Both the position numbers and the translations under genes were made by a program. Below the pieces are notes generated by a model. The model was not told the origin of the DNA, did not search any database, and was given only the letters and a program-made list of their open reading frames with translations. Of a stretch of DNA of 64,000 nucleotides, positions 1 to 9,616 are shown piece by piece (the first letter of the stretch is position 1; each line of letters begins with the position of its first letter). The stretch comes from an uncultured bacterium (GTDB lineage: Bacteria > Patescibacteriota > Minisyncoccia > UBA6257 > 2-01-FULL-56-20), in contig CAVRXN010000002.1 of NCBI GenBank assembly GCA_963725235.1, positions 442,902 to 506,901 on the forward strand, in the 5' to 3' direction.

Positions 1-2
1 CA

Positions 3-458
3 TATCGCTACGTCCGCAACGCAGCAGATGCCGAGGATATCGCCCAGGAAACCTTCGTCCGCGCCTGGAAGAATTTAAAGAAGTTCGACACGTCGAAGAA
101 TTTGAAAACGTGGCTGTTTACGATCGCGAAAAATGCTTCGCTCGATATGTTGAAAAAGAAAAAACCGATGGCGTTTTCGAAGATTACAGAAACCGAAAGC
201 GAACTCGAATCGTTCCTCGCGCCGTATGTCGCGAGCGGTGAACTGCCGGAAGCTGCTGTCGATGCAAAATTATTAAAAGGGGATATTGATGAAGCACTCG
301 CAAAACTACCACCGGCCTATCGCGCCGTCCTCGCGCTTCGCTATAACGAACATTTGAAGTTTCGCGAGATCGCCGCAACGCTCGGTGAGCCGATCGATAC
401 CGTCAAAAGTAAGCATCGCCGCGGCTTGGCTCTGCTAAAGAACATCTGGTTTTCATAA
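3..458 (+). CDS. ECF-type sigma-70 family RNA polymerase sigma factor, 5' end cut by window edge
   Basis: Frame 3 is open from nt 3. It reads YRYVRNAADAEDIAQETFVRAWKNLKKFD..TWLFTIAKN (region 2) and YRAVLALRYNEHLKFREIAATLGEPIDTVKSKHRRGL (region 4 HTH). Confidence 0.85.
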   Translation, partial: YRYVRNAADAEDIAQETFVRAWKNLKKFDTSKNLKTWLFTIAKNASLDMLKKKKPMAFSKITETESELESFLAPYVASGELPEAAVDAKLLKGDIDEALAKLPPAYRAVLALRYNEHLKFREIAATLGEPIDTVKSKHRRGLALLKNIWFS

Positions 459-529
459 CAGAGAGTGGCTTCCAACGGCCATATGTGCCACATCCGCACC
501 CAAACCACACGCTCGCTCGTATGTAAAGC

Positions 530-934
530 ATGACCGAGCTCGAGCCACCGAAAATTCAACATCGGCCTGATTTGCAGGAGAAAATCATGAAGCGGATCGC
601 CCGACGCGAGCGGCGCGTCCTTGTCGTGAAAACGAGCGGTTTCGCCATGGTTTTCGTCGGCTCAGCGACATTCCTCTTCGACGCCTACCTCAACCTCGCG
701 ACCGCGCTTACCCAGTCCGGCTTCACGAGCTTCGCCGGCCTCTTTTTCTCCGACTTCAGCGCAGCTATGTCGAACTTCCAGGACTATGCTTTTTCGATTC
801 TCGAATCTTTCCCGGTATTCTCGGCTGCCTTCGTCGTAGGCGGCCTGATCGTCGTCATCTGGTCTGCCTCGAACCTCATTCAAGATATCGATATTATCCG
901 CCACGGCCATGAACGACTTCTTCAAACCACCTAA
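530..934 (+). CDS. membrane protein after the ECF sigma gene; possible anti-sigma factor
   Basis: 134-aa ORF starting 72 nt after the sigma gene. Charged N-terminus (RIARRERRVLVVK) followed by several hydrophobic helices. The call rests on position only; no zf-HC2 motif seen. Confidence 0.4.
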   Translation: MTELEPPKIQHRPDLQEKIMKRIARRERRVLVVKTSGFAMVFVGSATFLFDAYLNLATALTQSGFTSFAGLFFSDFSAAMSNFQDYAFSILESFPVFSAAFVVGGLIVVIWSASNLIQDIDIIRHGHERLLQTT

Positions 935-1370
935 AACCAAAACCTTGCTCTGGATTCTTACCGGCCTCCTTGGCATATTAATCGTTTTTGGCCTTGGTAT
1001 TACCGTCGGCTATCGCCGTGCGATTTTTTCATCCGACTTTGGCGCGACGTATTACCATGAAATGTACGGTACCCCATTCGGCAAACCGACCGTGATGGTT
1101 ATGTCGAACGGACCGATGGCAATGCATGGCGTCGCGGGACAAGTAATCGATGTCGATAGCTCGACGATATTAGTACAGGATCCAAACGGAGCTGAAGAAG
1201 CCGTGTTCGTCGCCTCCGGAACCACCATCAGGGAAATGAACCAGGATATTGCCCCGAGCGGCATCGTGGTCGGCGATGGCGTTACTGTTATCGGTGAACC
1301 GGATACTAATGGCCAAGTCGAGGCACGATTCATCAGGGTCTTCGAAGTCAATTCATCAACCAATTTTTAA
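909..1370 (+). CDS. membrane-anchored/secreted small beta-domain protein (DUF5666-like), paralog of 5333..5782
   Basis: N-terminal hydrophobic helix LLWILTGLLGILIVFGLGI. The C-terminal segment GQVIDVDSSTILVQDPNG..VTVIGEPDTNGQVEARFIRV aligns with the 5333..5782 product. Confidence 0.5.
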   Translation: MNDFFKPPKTKTLLWILTGLLGILIVFGLGITVGYRRAIFSSDFGATYYHEMYGTPFGKPTVMVMSNGPMAMHGVAGQVIDVDSSTILVQDPNGAEEAVFVASGTTIREMNQDIAPSGIVVGDGVTVIGEPDTNGQVEARFIRVFEVNSSTNF

Positions 1371-1373
1371 TAT

Positions 1374-3242
1374 ATGTTTAACATGTCGAACATCAAGCAG
1401 TTTGCGAAAGCACATAAAATAATAACGACGATCATTATCATCGTCATCGGCTGGGGCGGATACACGGTCTATGCCGACGCGACCAAACCCGCACCCGTAA
1501 CGAAATACGTCGTCCAAGCGGCATCGCAGGGGACTGTCATCGCTTCAATATCAGGCAGTGGCCAGGTAGATGCCGATACGACAGTCGACATCAAACCGCA
1601 AACCTCAGAAAACGCTACGAGGATCTACGTAACTCCGGGCGAGCATGTTGTGGCGGGACAGATACTGGTCCAGCTCGATACGACAAATGAGCAGAAAGCC
1701 GTGACCCAGGCGCAACTTTCCCTGCAATCGGCGCAACTTTCACTTGCGAAGCTTGAGGAGGTGACGACGAGCACGGTACTACAAGATGAATCGAGCGTCA
1801 CGAGCGCAGAGGAAAATCTGGCAAATGCATCGACGTCGCTTACCAAAGATTACCAAAGCGGCTTCGATACAATCGCCAGCACGTTCATCGACCTGCAAAA
1901 TATTATGACAAACCTCCAGGGCTTCGTCGGCGGAACGCAGGTAGATAAAACACATGACAACCCTGATGCATATGTCGACCTGATGCCGGGCTATCTCCAG
2001 CCGACGGCCGAGCCATACGCAACAGCGCTCGAGGCAGATTATCAAGGTGCGACCGCCGCCTACGGCCAGAATCTTGCCGATTATCACGCTGCAAACCGCA
2101 ATTCCGATCCGACCACAATAGCCAACTTGCTGACCGAAACGGAAAATACCGTGAAGACAATTAGCACTGCCATAAAAGCCGGTAACGATCTTCTGAATTA
2201 CGTCGTTAACAATTACCCGACATCACAAGGACTTGGTAATTTGCCGACTATCACGACAACGTATCAAACCAATTTCGGCAATTATACGAACACGATCGAT
2301 ACTGATCTAAATAATGTCACGGGGGCGCTAACGACGATAACGAGCGACCAGCAATCGATAACAAACGACCAATTCGCACTCGCGCAGGCCAGCACGAGCT
2401 ACGCAACACTGGTCTCCGGCCCCGATCCACTCGATATCCAATCGCAAAATATCAGCATCCAGAACGCACAAATATCGCTCCAGACCGCACAGGAGAACTT
2501 GGCGGACGATTCCATCACGGCGCCGATCGCGGGTGTCGTCGCGTCGGTTCCGGCAATAATCGGCGAAGCCGCGCCATCGCCGGCGGTAACGATCGTAAGT
2601 GACGGGCAGCTGGCGCAGGTAACGCTTAACGAAGTGGATGCGGCGAAAGTGCAGTTAAGCGATAAGGCAACGTTAACATTCGACGCATTGCCCGACGTTT
2701 CACTCGCAGGAACCGTAACCGAGATCGATCCGGTAGGAACCGTGAGCGCCGGCGTCGTGAACTATAATGTCCAAATCAGCTTCTCCCAGCCGGCGAATAC
2801 GAGCTCGAGCAACTTGATAAAGCCAGGCATGAGCGTAACGGCAAATATTGTCACGCAGGCAGACCAAAATGTTATCGCCGTGCCGAACACAGCGGTGCAT
2901 ACGAGCGCCGGCGCGAGCTATGTTCTTGAACCGGCGACGCCGCTTTCGGCAACGGATCTCGCGGCGAGTGCAAGCGGCGGCATACAACTTTCAGGCGGAA
3001 CAAAAATGGTTCCAGTCACGGCCGGCATCTCGAATGATACCCAGACCGAAATCGATTCAGGCATAAACGTCGGCGACCAGATTATCACGCAAACAATCCA
3101 ATCGACGGCTTCGAGCGGTTCGACAGTGCCAGCTGCAGGTGGAACGAACGCACTCCGGGCGCTCGGCGGTGGTGGAGGAGGCGGGGCTACATTTATCGCA
3201 GCTCCGGGCGGCGGCGGTTTCCGCGGCGGTGGTGGTGGATAA
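1374..3242 (+). CDS. efflux transporter periplasmic adaptor, HlyD/MacA family, with Gly-rich tail
   Basis: N-terminal TM, long A/Q/S/T-rich coiled coil, and adaptor motifs ITAPIAGVV and KPGMSVTANIV. Ends GGGGGGGATFIAAPGGGGFRGGGGG. Confidence 0.8.
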   Translation: MFNMSNIKQFAKAHKIITTIIIIVIGWGGYTVYADATKPAPVTKYVVQAASQGTVIASISGSGQVDADTTVDIKPQTSENATRIYVTPGEHVVAGQILVQLDTTNEQKAVTQAQLSLQSAQLSLAKLEEVTTSTVLQDESSVTSAEENLANASTSLTKDYQSGFDTIASTFIDLQNIMTNLQGFVGGTQVDKTHDNPDAYVDLMPGYLQPTAEPYATALEADYQGATAAYGQNLADYHAANRNSDPTTIANLLTETENTVKTISTAIKAGNDLLNYVVNNYPTSQGLGNLPTITTTYQTNFGNYTNTIDTDLNNVTGALTTITSDQQSITNDQFALAQASTSYATLVSGPDPLDIQSQNISIQNAQISLQTAQENLADDSITAPIAGVVASVPAIIGEAAPSPAVTIVSDGQLAQVTLNEVDAAKVQLSDKATLTFDALPDVSLAGTVTEIDPVGTVSAGVVNYNVQISFSQPANTSSSNLIKPGMSVTANIVTQADQNVIAVPNTAVHTSAGASYVLEPATPLSATDLAASASGGIQLSGGTKMVPVTAGISNDTQTEIDSGINVGDQIITQTIQSTASSGSTVPAAGGTNALRALGGGGGGGATFIAAPGGGGFRGGGGG

Positions 3243-3257
3243 GGCATTCCAGAACCT

Positions 3258-4040
3258 ATGAAAAATATCATCGAGTGTAAAGATATTAAAAAAACCTATC
3301 ATACCGGCGGCATCGACACCGTCGTCTTGAAGGGGATTACCTTTGCCGTCGCGGAAGGTGAGTTCGTCGCGATTATGGGTCCATCTGGTTCCGGCAAATC
3401 GACCTTGATGCACATCATCGGCGCGCTCGATACGCCGACGTCCGGTGAATATTTCCTCGACGGGAAAGATGTTTCGAAGCTGACCGACGAGGAACTCGCC
3501 GATATCCGGCGCGAGAAGATTGGCTTTGTGTTTCAGGCATTCAACTTACTCCCACGCGCGACCGTGTTAAGAAATGTTTCACTCCCGCTCGTATATGCCG
3601 ACGTCCCAAAAGAGAAGCGTGAAAAAATCGCCGAAAAAGCCCTCGCCGATTCCGCATTCCCAAAAGCATTCTGGCAACATCACTCGAACCAAATCTCCGG
3701 CGGCATGATGCAACGCGTTGCGATCGCACGGTCGCTCGTCAATGATCCCGCGCTAATCCTGGCCGACGAGCCGACCGGCAACCTCGACTCGAAAACCGGT
3801 GAAATAGTTCTCCATACATTTCAAGCGCTCAATATGGAACATGGCAAAACAATCGTTCTCATTACGCATGAGCCGTATGTCGCACAGCATGCCGACCGAA
3901 TCATACATATTCGCGATGGCAAAATAATGACCGATGAAAAAAATCCGAAAAAACTTATCGCACGCCACGAGTCAGAGATTACGGAACAAACGTTCGAAGC
4001 GGCCGGCACCGCTACCGCAAGCCATACCCATAAAAAATGA
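3258..4040 (+). CDS. ABC transporter ATP-binding protein (MacB/LolD type)
   Basis: Walker [10 protein letters not shown], signature [14 protein letters not shown], Walker [14 protein letters not shown]-loop ITHE. Confidence 0.9.
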   Translation: MKNIIECKDIKKTYHTGGIDTVVLKGITFAVAEGEFVAIMGPSGSGKSTLMHIIGALDTPTSGEYFLDGKDVSKLTDEELADIRREKIGFVFQAFNLLPRATVLRNVSLPLVYADVPKEKREKIAEKALADSAFPKAFWQHHSNQISGGMMQRVAIARSLVNDPALILADEPTGNLDSKTGEIVLHTFQALNMEHGKTIVLITHEPYVAQHADRIIHIRDGKIMTDEKNPKKLIARHESEITEQTFEAAGTATASHTHKK

Positions 4041-5287
4041 CCACGCAAGACCTTTGGGAAGAAACCTATAGCGCCGTAACCGTAAACAAAGTGCGGTCCG
4101 GCTTAACAATGCTCGGCATCGTCATCGGCATCGCATCGGTCATCGCGCTGACCGCTGTCGGCGCCGGCGCACAATCGTCAATCTCATCGAGCATCAATTC
4201 GCTCGGTGCAAACCTCCTTATCATAACGCCCGGCGCATCGAAAACGTTCGGTTCAACGGTCAGCGCCGGACGCGGTTCGGCGGAAACATTAACGCCGGGC
4301 GACGCGACCGCGATCGCGTCACAGGTGTCGAACGTCGAAGCAGTCGCCCAAGAAGTTACCGCAAACGAACAGGTCGTCTACGAAGGTAATAATACCCGTA
4401 CGAGCATTCTCGGCACAACGCCCGCGTATACCCAAGTCCGCAACGTGCAGGTCGCCGACGGCTCATTCTTTACCGATGAAGACGTCGCGAACGGCAACCG
4501 TGTTGCGGTCATCGGCCCAACGGTTTTGCAAGACCTGTTTGGCGATCCGACCTCGGATGCGACGGTGACGCCGGATGTTGCGATTGGACAAACGATTCGT
4601 ATCGACGAACAGGATTTTACGGTCATTGGCGTTACCGTCTCGAAAGGTGGCAGCGGTTTCAGTAATCAGGATAATATGATCTTCGTACCACTGACCGCTG
4701 CCCAGCATTATTTCTTGGGTTCAACCGCCTATCTTACGGAAGTCGACGTCGAAGCCGCATCGCAAGGCGCCATGACGCAAGTGCAAAACGACATTACAAA
4801 TCTTTTGCTCCAAAAACATAATATCTCCGATCCAACCCAGGCCGACTTCAGCGTCTTAAACCAAGCCGACATCGTTTCGGCGGCATCATCCGTAACCGGA
4901 ACCTTTACGACGCTTCTTGCTGCGATCGCCGGTATTTCGCTCCTCGTCGGTGGCATCGGTATCATGAATATGATGCTTACGACTGTTACAGAACGAACGC
5001 GCGAGATCGGCTTGCGCAAAGCGATCGGCGCAAAGAAAAGGGACATCACGATGCAGTTTCTCGCCGAGTCCGTAACGTTGACGTTCACCGGCGGCGCAAT
5101 CGGCATAGCGCTCGGTTGGACCGCCGCATTTATTGTTTCCACGTTCGCCGGCATTTCGACGTCGGTATCCATAAGCTCGGTGTTGCTCGCATTTTTCGTT
5201 TCCGCCGGCATCGGCATCATCTTCGGCTATTATCCTGCCCGCCGCGCTGCGGCGTTAAGTCCGATTGAAGCGCTGCGGTATGAATAA
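4037..5287 (+). CDS. ABC transporter permease (MacB/FtsX family)
   Basis: 4-nt overlap with the ATPase gene. N-terminal TM, large extracytoplasmic domain, C-terminal FtsX-type bundle (MNMMLTTVTERTREIGLRKAIGA). Confidence 0.9.
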   Translation: MTTQDLWEETYSAVTVNKVRSGLTMLGIVIGIASVIALTAVGAGAQSSISSSINSLGANLLIITPGASKTFGSTVSAGRGSAETLTPGDATAIASQVSNVEAVAQEVTANEQVVYEGNNTRTSILGTTPAYTQVRNVQVADGSFFTDEDVANGNRVAVIGPTVLQDLFGDPTSDATVTPDVAIGQTIRIDEQDFTVIGVTVSKGGSGFSNQDNMIFVPLTAAQHYFLGSTAYLTEVDVEAASQGAMTQVQNDITNLLLQKHNISDPTQADFSVLNQADIVSAASSVTGTFTTLLAAIAGISLLVGGIGIMNMMLTTVTERTREIGLRKAIGAKKRDITMQFLAESVTLTFTGGAIGIALGWTAAFIVSTFAGISTSVSISSVLLAFFVSAGIGIIFGYYPARRAAALSPIEALRYE

Positions 5288-5332
5288 AAAGAAAAAGGTC
5301 GTTTAATCGAAATTTAATTTTGTTAAAAAATC

Positions 5333-5782
5333 ATGAAAAAATATAGAACACAGATCATTTGGATGATTGTCGCAGTTGTAGCGCTCGTCGGCGGCTTCTT
5401 TTGGGGTAAAAGCGTCGGAGCTTCGGCCGTAGCTGCCGGACGCGCAGGAGCCGGGCGGTTTGCTCTCGGATCCTCGACGGCCGCATTCGCTGGCCGAGCC
5501 GGTTTCGGCGGGGCCGCAGGCGGCGGTTTTACCGCTGGCCAGGTGCTTTCAGTTGATTCCGACAGTTTAACTCTGCAGCTCGCGAACGGAAATTCGGAAA
5601 ACGTCTTCTTCTCGAGCTCAACGCAGATCAGCATGCCGGAACCGGTGCCAGCGTCAAGCATCCAGTCAGGAACCATGGTCATGATTACCGGCACGACGAA
5701 TTCGGATGGCAGCGTGACAGCATCGACTATCCAGGTCCGCGGCAGTGCATCCGGCAATACCGGCAATACGACTACACAGTAG
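5333..5782 (+). CDS. secreted small beta-domain protein (DUF5666-like), paralog of 909..1370
   Basis: Hydrophobic N-terminus IIWMIVAVVALVGGFFW, then a G/A/R/F-rich linker, then GQVLSVDSDSLTLQLANG..MVMITGTTNSDGSVTASTIQV. The antisense ORF 5323..5994 is judged spurious. Confidence 0.55.
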   Translation: MKKYRTQIIWMIVAVVALVGGFFWGKSVGASAVAAGRAGAGRFALGSSTAAFAGRAGFGGAAGGGFTAGQVLSVDSDSLTLQLANGNSENVFFSSSTQISMPEPVPASSIQSGTMVMITGTTNSDGSVTASTIQVRGSASGNTGNTTTQ

Positions 5783-5799
5783 TGGTATAATTGAGAAGT

Positions 5800-7341
5800 A
5801 TGACGCTTCTCATTAAAAATGTACGCATCATCGGCGGAGCACGACAATTTCCCGATGTGTGCGACGTCTTTATAAATGACGACAAAATCTCGGCGATTGG
5901 AAATTTTCCGGACAAAAAAGCCGCGATAATGATCGATGGCCAAGGCGCCTATTTGAGTCCCGGCTTTATTGACGTCAATACCGATTCCGACCATTATTTA
6001 ACATTATTCGACCATCCCGGCCAGGAAGATTTTTTACGCCAAGGCGTCACGACTATCTTTGGCGGCATGTGCGGCTCATCGCTCGCCCCACTCCTATATG
6101 GCACGCTGGAATCCATCCAGAAATGGGGAGGCTCTGTCGATGGAATAAACGTAAACTGGCACACGATGGCAGAATTTTTGGCCGCCATCGATCGCAGGCC
6201 GTTTGCGGTTAATTTTGGCACCCTCGTGGGACAGAATACAATCCGCCGGGCGCTCGTCGGTGATGCCGTGCGCGAATTAACAAAAAATGAGATCTCCGTA
6301 TTTTCGGAAACGCTCCGTAAGGCGATAAGCGAAGGCGGGTTCGGATTGTCGACCAATCTCGGATCGGTTCATGCGCAAAAGACATCACACGTCGAGCTGA
6401 AATCGCTCACGCAAATCGTACACGATGGCGGGGGAATTTATGCCACCCATCTGCGAGATATGGGCACGGGCATCGATGGCGCGGTCGAAGAAGTAATCAA
6501 GCTCGCGAAGGAGACCGGCGTCAAAACGATGATCAGTCATTTCGTCCCAATTCGCGGAAGCGAAAAAGAATATGAGCGAGCGCTCGCGATGATCGAATCG
6601 TTGCCAACATCTGTCGATCTAAACTTCGACATCTATCCATTCGACGACCTGCTATTGCCCTTTTATACTTTTTTGCCGGACTGGGTGCGCCTCGGGGGCT
6701 TCGAGATTATGCTCGCCAATATCCAAGAAGCATGGCTCCTGCCAAAAATTTTAAAGGAGATGACGCCGATAGCAGGGGAGCGGTTTATCGTCGCACAGGC
6801 CCCAGGCAACGACTTCCTCGTCGGCAAGTCGCTGGCCGAGCTGAAAGACATGTACGGCGTCATGGACGAACGCGAAGCGCTGCTCAAGCTGATGGTTACC
6901 ACGAAAATGCGTGGCGTGGGACTCTATAAAAATATTAATGGCGATTTAATGAAAAAAGCGCTCGCGTCGAAACGGGCATTCATTTCATCAAACGCCGCAA
7001 GCTTCGGCGATACATCCCGCGGCCCCACTGCAGCACTGCGAATCACGCGGCAGTTGAAATCCGACCGCACGACCTCGACGTTCCCACAATTTTTAGAAAT
7101 CGTTATCGGCGAACGAATCATGTCGCTCGAAGATGCTATTAAGAAAATAACACTTGAACCGGCGCGGAAATTCGGGCTTGCTGGGCGCGGCGAAATAAAA
7201 GAGGGGAACTTTGCCGACCTCACCGGCTTTAAGAATAATGAAATAAAATTTACTATCGTTAACGGAAAGGTCGCAATGAGGGATGGGGAATTCGCCGAGA
7301 ATTTTGCCGGCAAAGCGCTTCGTCACGGCCAAAAGACCTAA
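5800..7341 (+). CDS. amidohydrolase family protein (D-aminoacylase-like)
   Basis: MTLLIKNVRIIGG..GFIDVNTDSDHY..GGMCGSSLAPL..YATHLRD..MISHF. Start placed at ATG 5800, 8 nt after TGgTATAAT (5783-5791). Confidence 0.75.
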   Translation: MTLLIKNVRIIGGARQFPDVCDVFINDDKISAIGNFPDKKAAIMIDGQGAYLSPGFIDVNTDSDHYLTLFDHPGQEDFLRQGVTTIFGGMCGSSLAPLLYGTLESIQKWGGSVDGINVNWHTMAEFLAAIDRRPFAVNFGTLVGQNTIRRALVGDAVRELTKNEISVFSETLRKAISEGGFGLSTNLGSVHAQKTSHVELKSLTQIVHDGGGIYATHLRDMGTGIDGAVEEVIKLAKETGVKTMISHFVPIRGSEKEYERALAMIESLPTSVDLNFDIYPFDDLLLPFYTFLPDWVRLGGFEIMLANIQEAWLLPKILKEMTPIAGERFIVAQAPGNDFLVGKSLAELKDMYGVMDEREALLKLMVTTKMRGVGLYKNINGDLMKKALASKRAFISSNAASFGDTSRGPTAALRITRQLKSDRTTSTFPQFLEIVIGERIMSLEDAIKKITLEPARKFGLAGRGEIKEGNFADLTGFKNNEIKFTIVNGKVAMRDGEFAENFAGKALRHGQKT

Positions 7342-7359
7342 TTCTCACGTACAGAAACA

Positions 7360-8463
7360 ATGCCCCGCTCCCGCAATTCTGCCGGCACCCCCGATCTTTT
7401 TTTTCTCGCCGTTGTCGTGGCGCTTTTAGTGTTCGGCCTCGCCATGCTTGCATCGGCCTCATCCGACCTCGGCAAAACATTATTTAATAACAGCTATTAT
7501 TACCTTGAACACCAAATCGAGTTCGGCCTGACGCTCGGCGCACTGGGCTTCGCCGTCGGCTATTTTATTCCATATCAAAAGTTTAAAAAGATCGCCTTCC
7601 CACTCCTTATCATCAGTATCGCATGCCTCGCCCTCGTATTTACCAAATTTGGCTCAACAATTAATGAAACAAATCGCTGGCTGCGCCTCGGACCACTCAG
7701 CTTCCAACCGGCCGAATTGATGAAATTAACCTATTTAATTTATCTTGCCGCATGGCTTTCGAATACAAAAATTAATCGTACAAAAGATCTGCAGAGTGGC
7801 TTTCTGCCGTTCGCGCTTGTCTCTGGCCTCATAGCCGTTTTATTGTTGCTCCAACCGGCAACCAGCACCGTTTTCATTTTGCTCGCGTCGGGCCTCGCCG
7901 TCTATTTCGTATCCGGTGCGCCCGTTAAATATATTTTGGGCATCGTTGCCGTCGGCGTCGTCGGCGTCGGCATGCTCATCCTTATAACACCGTACCGCCT
8001 CGCGCGCATAACAGGTTTCCTCCATCAAAGCTCAAATACACAAGGCCAAAATTTCCAAGTAAACCAAGCACTCATCGCCATCGGCTCCGGCGGCCCGACC
8101 GGCCAGGGCTATGGCCAATCGACAACGAAATCGATTCTGCCCGATCCGATCGACGACTCGATTTTCGCCGTCGTCGCCGAGGAACTCGGCTTCGTCGGCG
8201 CCGGTGTCTTGATCGCACTTTTTTGCATGTATACATTTCGATTGTATTGGCTTGCGCGGCGAACAGGCGACCGTTTCGGCCGCCTGTTATTGATCGGCTT
8301 CGGCACCGTCGTCGCCCTGCAGGCATTCGTCAACATGGCATCAATATCCGGCATCATCCCGCTGACCGGCGTTCCGTTGCCGTTCGTAAGCTATGGAGGA
8401 ACCGCGCTCGCGGTATTTCTAACGATGTCAGGCATCGCATTAAACGTTTCGCGGTATAATTAA
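7360..8463 (+). CDS. ftsW: SEDS-family peptidoglycan glycosyltransferase FtsW/RodA
   Basis: Polytopic membrane protein with RWLRLGPLSFQPAELMKL, DDSIFAVVAEELGFVG and PLPFVSYGGTA. Adjacent to murG. Confidence 0.85.
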   Translation: MPRSRNSAGTPDLFFLAVVVALLVFGLAMLASASSDLGKTLFNNSYYYLEHQIEFGLTLGALGFAVGYFIPYQKFKKIAFPLLIISIACLALVFTKFGSTINETNRWLRLGPLSFQPAELMKLTYLIYLAAWLSNTKINRTKDLQSGFLPFALVSGLIAVLLLLQPATSTVFILLASGLAVYFVSGAPVKYILGIVAVGVVGVGMLILITPYRLARITGFLHQSSNTQGQNFQVNQALIAIGSGGPTGQGYGQSTTKSILPDPIDDSIFAVVAEELGFVGAGVLIALFCMYTFRLYWLARRTGDRFGRLLLIGFGTVVALQAFVNMASISGIIPLTGVPLPFVSYGGTALAVFLTMSGIALNVSRYN

Positions 8464-8467
8464 TTCT

Positions 8468-9598
8468 ATGGATGAAAAATTTCGAGTCGTTTTGACCGGC
8501 GGGGGCAGCGGGGGACACATCTACCCCCTGCTTGCCGTTGCCGATGCGCTCGCCCATAAATCGGTCGAGATGAATTTTAATTGTGAAATGACCTATCTCG
8601 GCCCGCGCGACAGCTATGCGCCGCTTTTCGAAGCGCGGGGGATAGCGATCGATTCGATCGCCGCAGGAAAGCTACGCCGCTATTTCTCTCTCGAAAATTT
8701 TCTCGATGCGCCAAAATTCTTAATCGGCTTCATCCAGGCACTCTGGAAATTGTATCGAATCATGCCCGACGCCATTTTTTCGAAAGGCGGTACCGGCGCA
8801 TTGCCGGTTGTCGTCGCAGGCTGGTTCTATCGGATCCCAGTTGCGATCCATGAATCGGATGCTATTCCGGGACTGACGAACGCGGTCTCGGCACGATTCG
8901 CGCGAAAAGTATTCGTCAGCTTCCCGGATGCGGAAGATAAATTCGATGCGAAAAAAGTTGTCATGACCGGCGCGCCGATCCGGGATGAATTGTTGACGAA
9001 CCGTCCGAGGCCGGAGCTCGCGAAGGAATCGCTCGGTTTTAGCTCGTCGCATCCTTTAATGTTAATTCTCGGCGGTTCGCAAGGCTCGATGCGCATCAAT
9101 AATTTCATCGTTACGAATCTGCCGGAAATTATGAAAATAACGCAGGTCTTGCATCAAACCGGCGTCGCGAATTTCCTCGAAGTGCAAAAACTGGCTCATG
9201 CGGCATTGCTCGAACAACCAGCAGATGGCAATCGCTATGTTCCGATAAATTATTTCACGGATAAAATGGAAACGGCATATGCGGCGGCGGATGTCGTTGT
9301 TTGCCGGTCGGGCGGTACGATTTTCGAAATCGCATCGTTCGGCAAACCGGCGATCTTAATTCCGATCGCCGAATCGGCAAATGATCATCAGCGCGCCGAT
9401 GCCTATTCCTTCGCGGAAGCCGGAGGGGGAGTAGTTATAGAAGAAACAAACCTGTTACCGGGAATATTTCTAACTCAACTAAAGGCAATTTTAACGGACG
9501 ACAATCGGCGGGCGAAAATGTCCGCGGCATCGGCAAAGTTTTTCGTGCCGGACGCAGCGAAACGGATTGCGGATGAAATCTTGAAATTTGCCGTGTAA
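8468..9598 (+). CDS. murG: UDP-GlcNAc:lipid I N-acetylglucosaminyltransferase MurG
   Basis: GGGSGGHIYPLLAVADAL, LILGGSQGS and CRSGGTIFEIASFGKPAILIP. Confidence 0.9.
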   Translation: MDEKFRVVLTGGGSGGHIYPLLAVADALAHKSVEMNFNCEMTYLGPRDSYAPLFEARGIAIDSIAAGKLRRYFSLENFLDAPKFLIGFIQALWKLYRIMPDAIFSKGGTGALPVVVAGWFYRIPVAIHESDAIPGLTNAVSARFARKVFVSFPDAEDKFDAKKVVMTGAPIRDELLTNRPRPELAKESLGFSSSHPLMLILGGSQGSMRINNFIVTNLPEIMKITQVLHQTGVANFLEVQKLAHAALLEQPADGNRYVPINYFTDKMETAYAAADVVVCRSGGTIFEIASFGKPAILIPIAESANDHQRADAYSFAEAGGGVVIEETNLLPGIFLTQLKAILTDDNRRAKMSAASAKFFVPDAAKRIADEILKFAV

Positions 9599-9609
9599 AT
9601 CGGTAAAAT
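9581..9609 (+). promoter_or_regulatory. sigma70-like promoter of gltX (TTGAAA-N17-TAAAAT), ATG 7 nt after the -10 box
   Basis: TTGAAA at 9581-9586, TAAAAT at 9604-9609, ATG at 9617. No Shine-Dalgarno sequence fits in between. Confidence 0.6.
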
Positions 9610-9616
9610 AAGGGCT

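Noticed and set aside
3160-3242. Gly-codon-rich DNA as a tandem repeat or hypervariable region
   Set aside because: The codons are irregular (ggt/gga/ggc/ggg mixed) with no unit repeat. It is treated as a low-complexity protein tail only.
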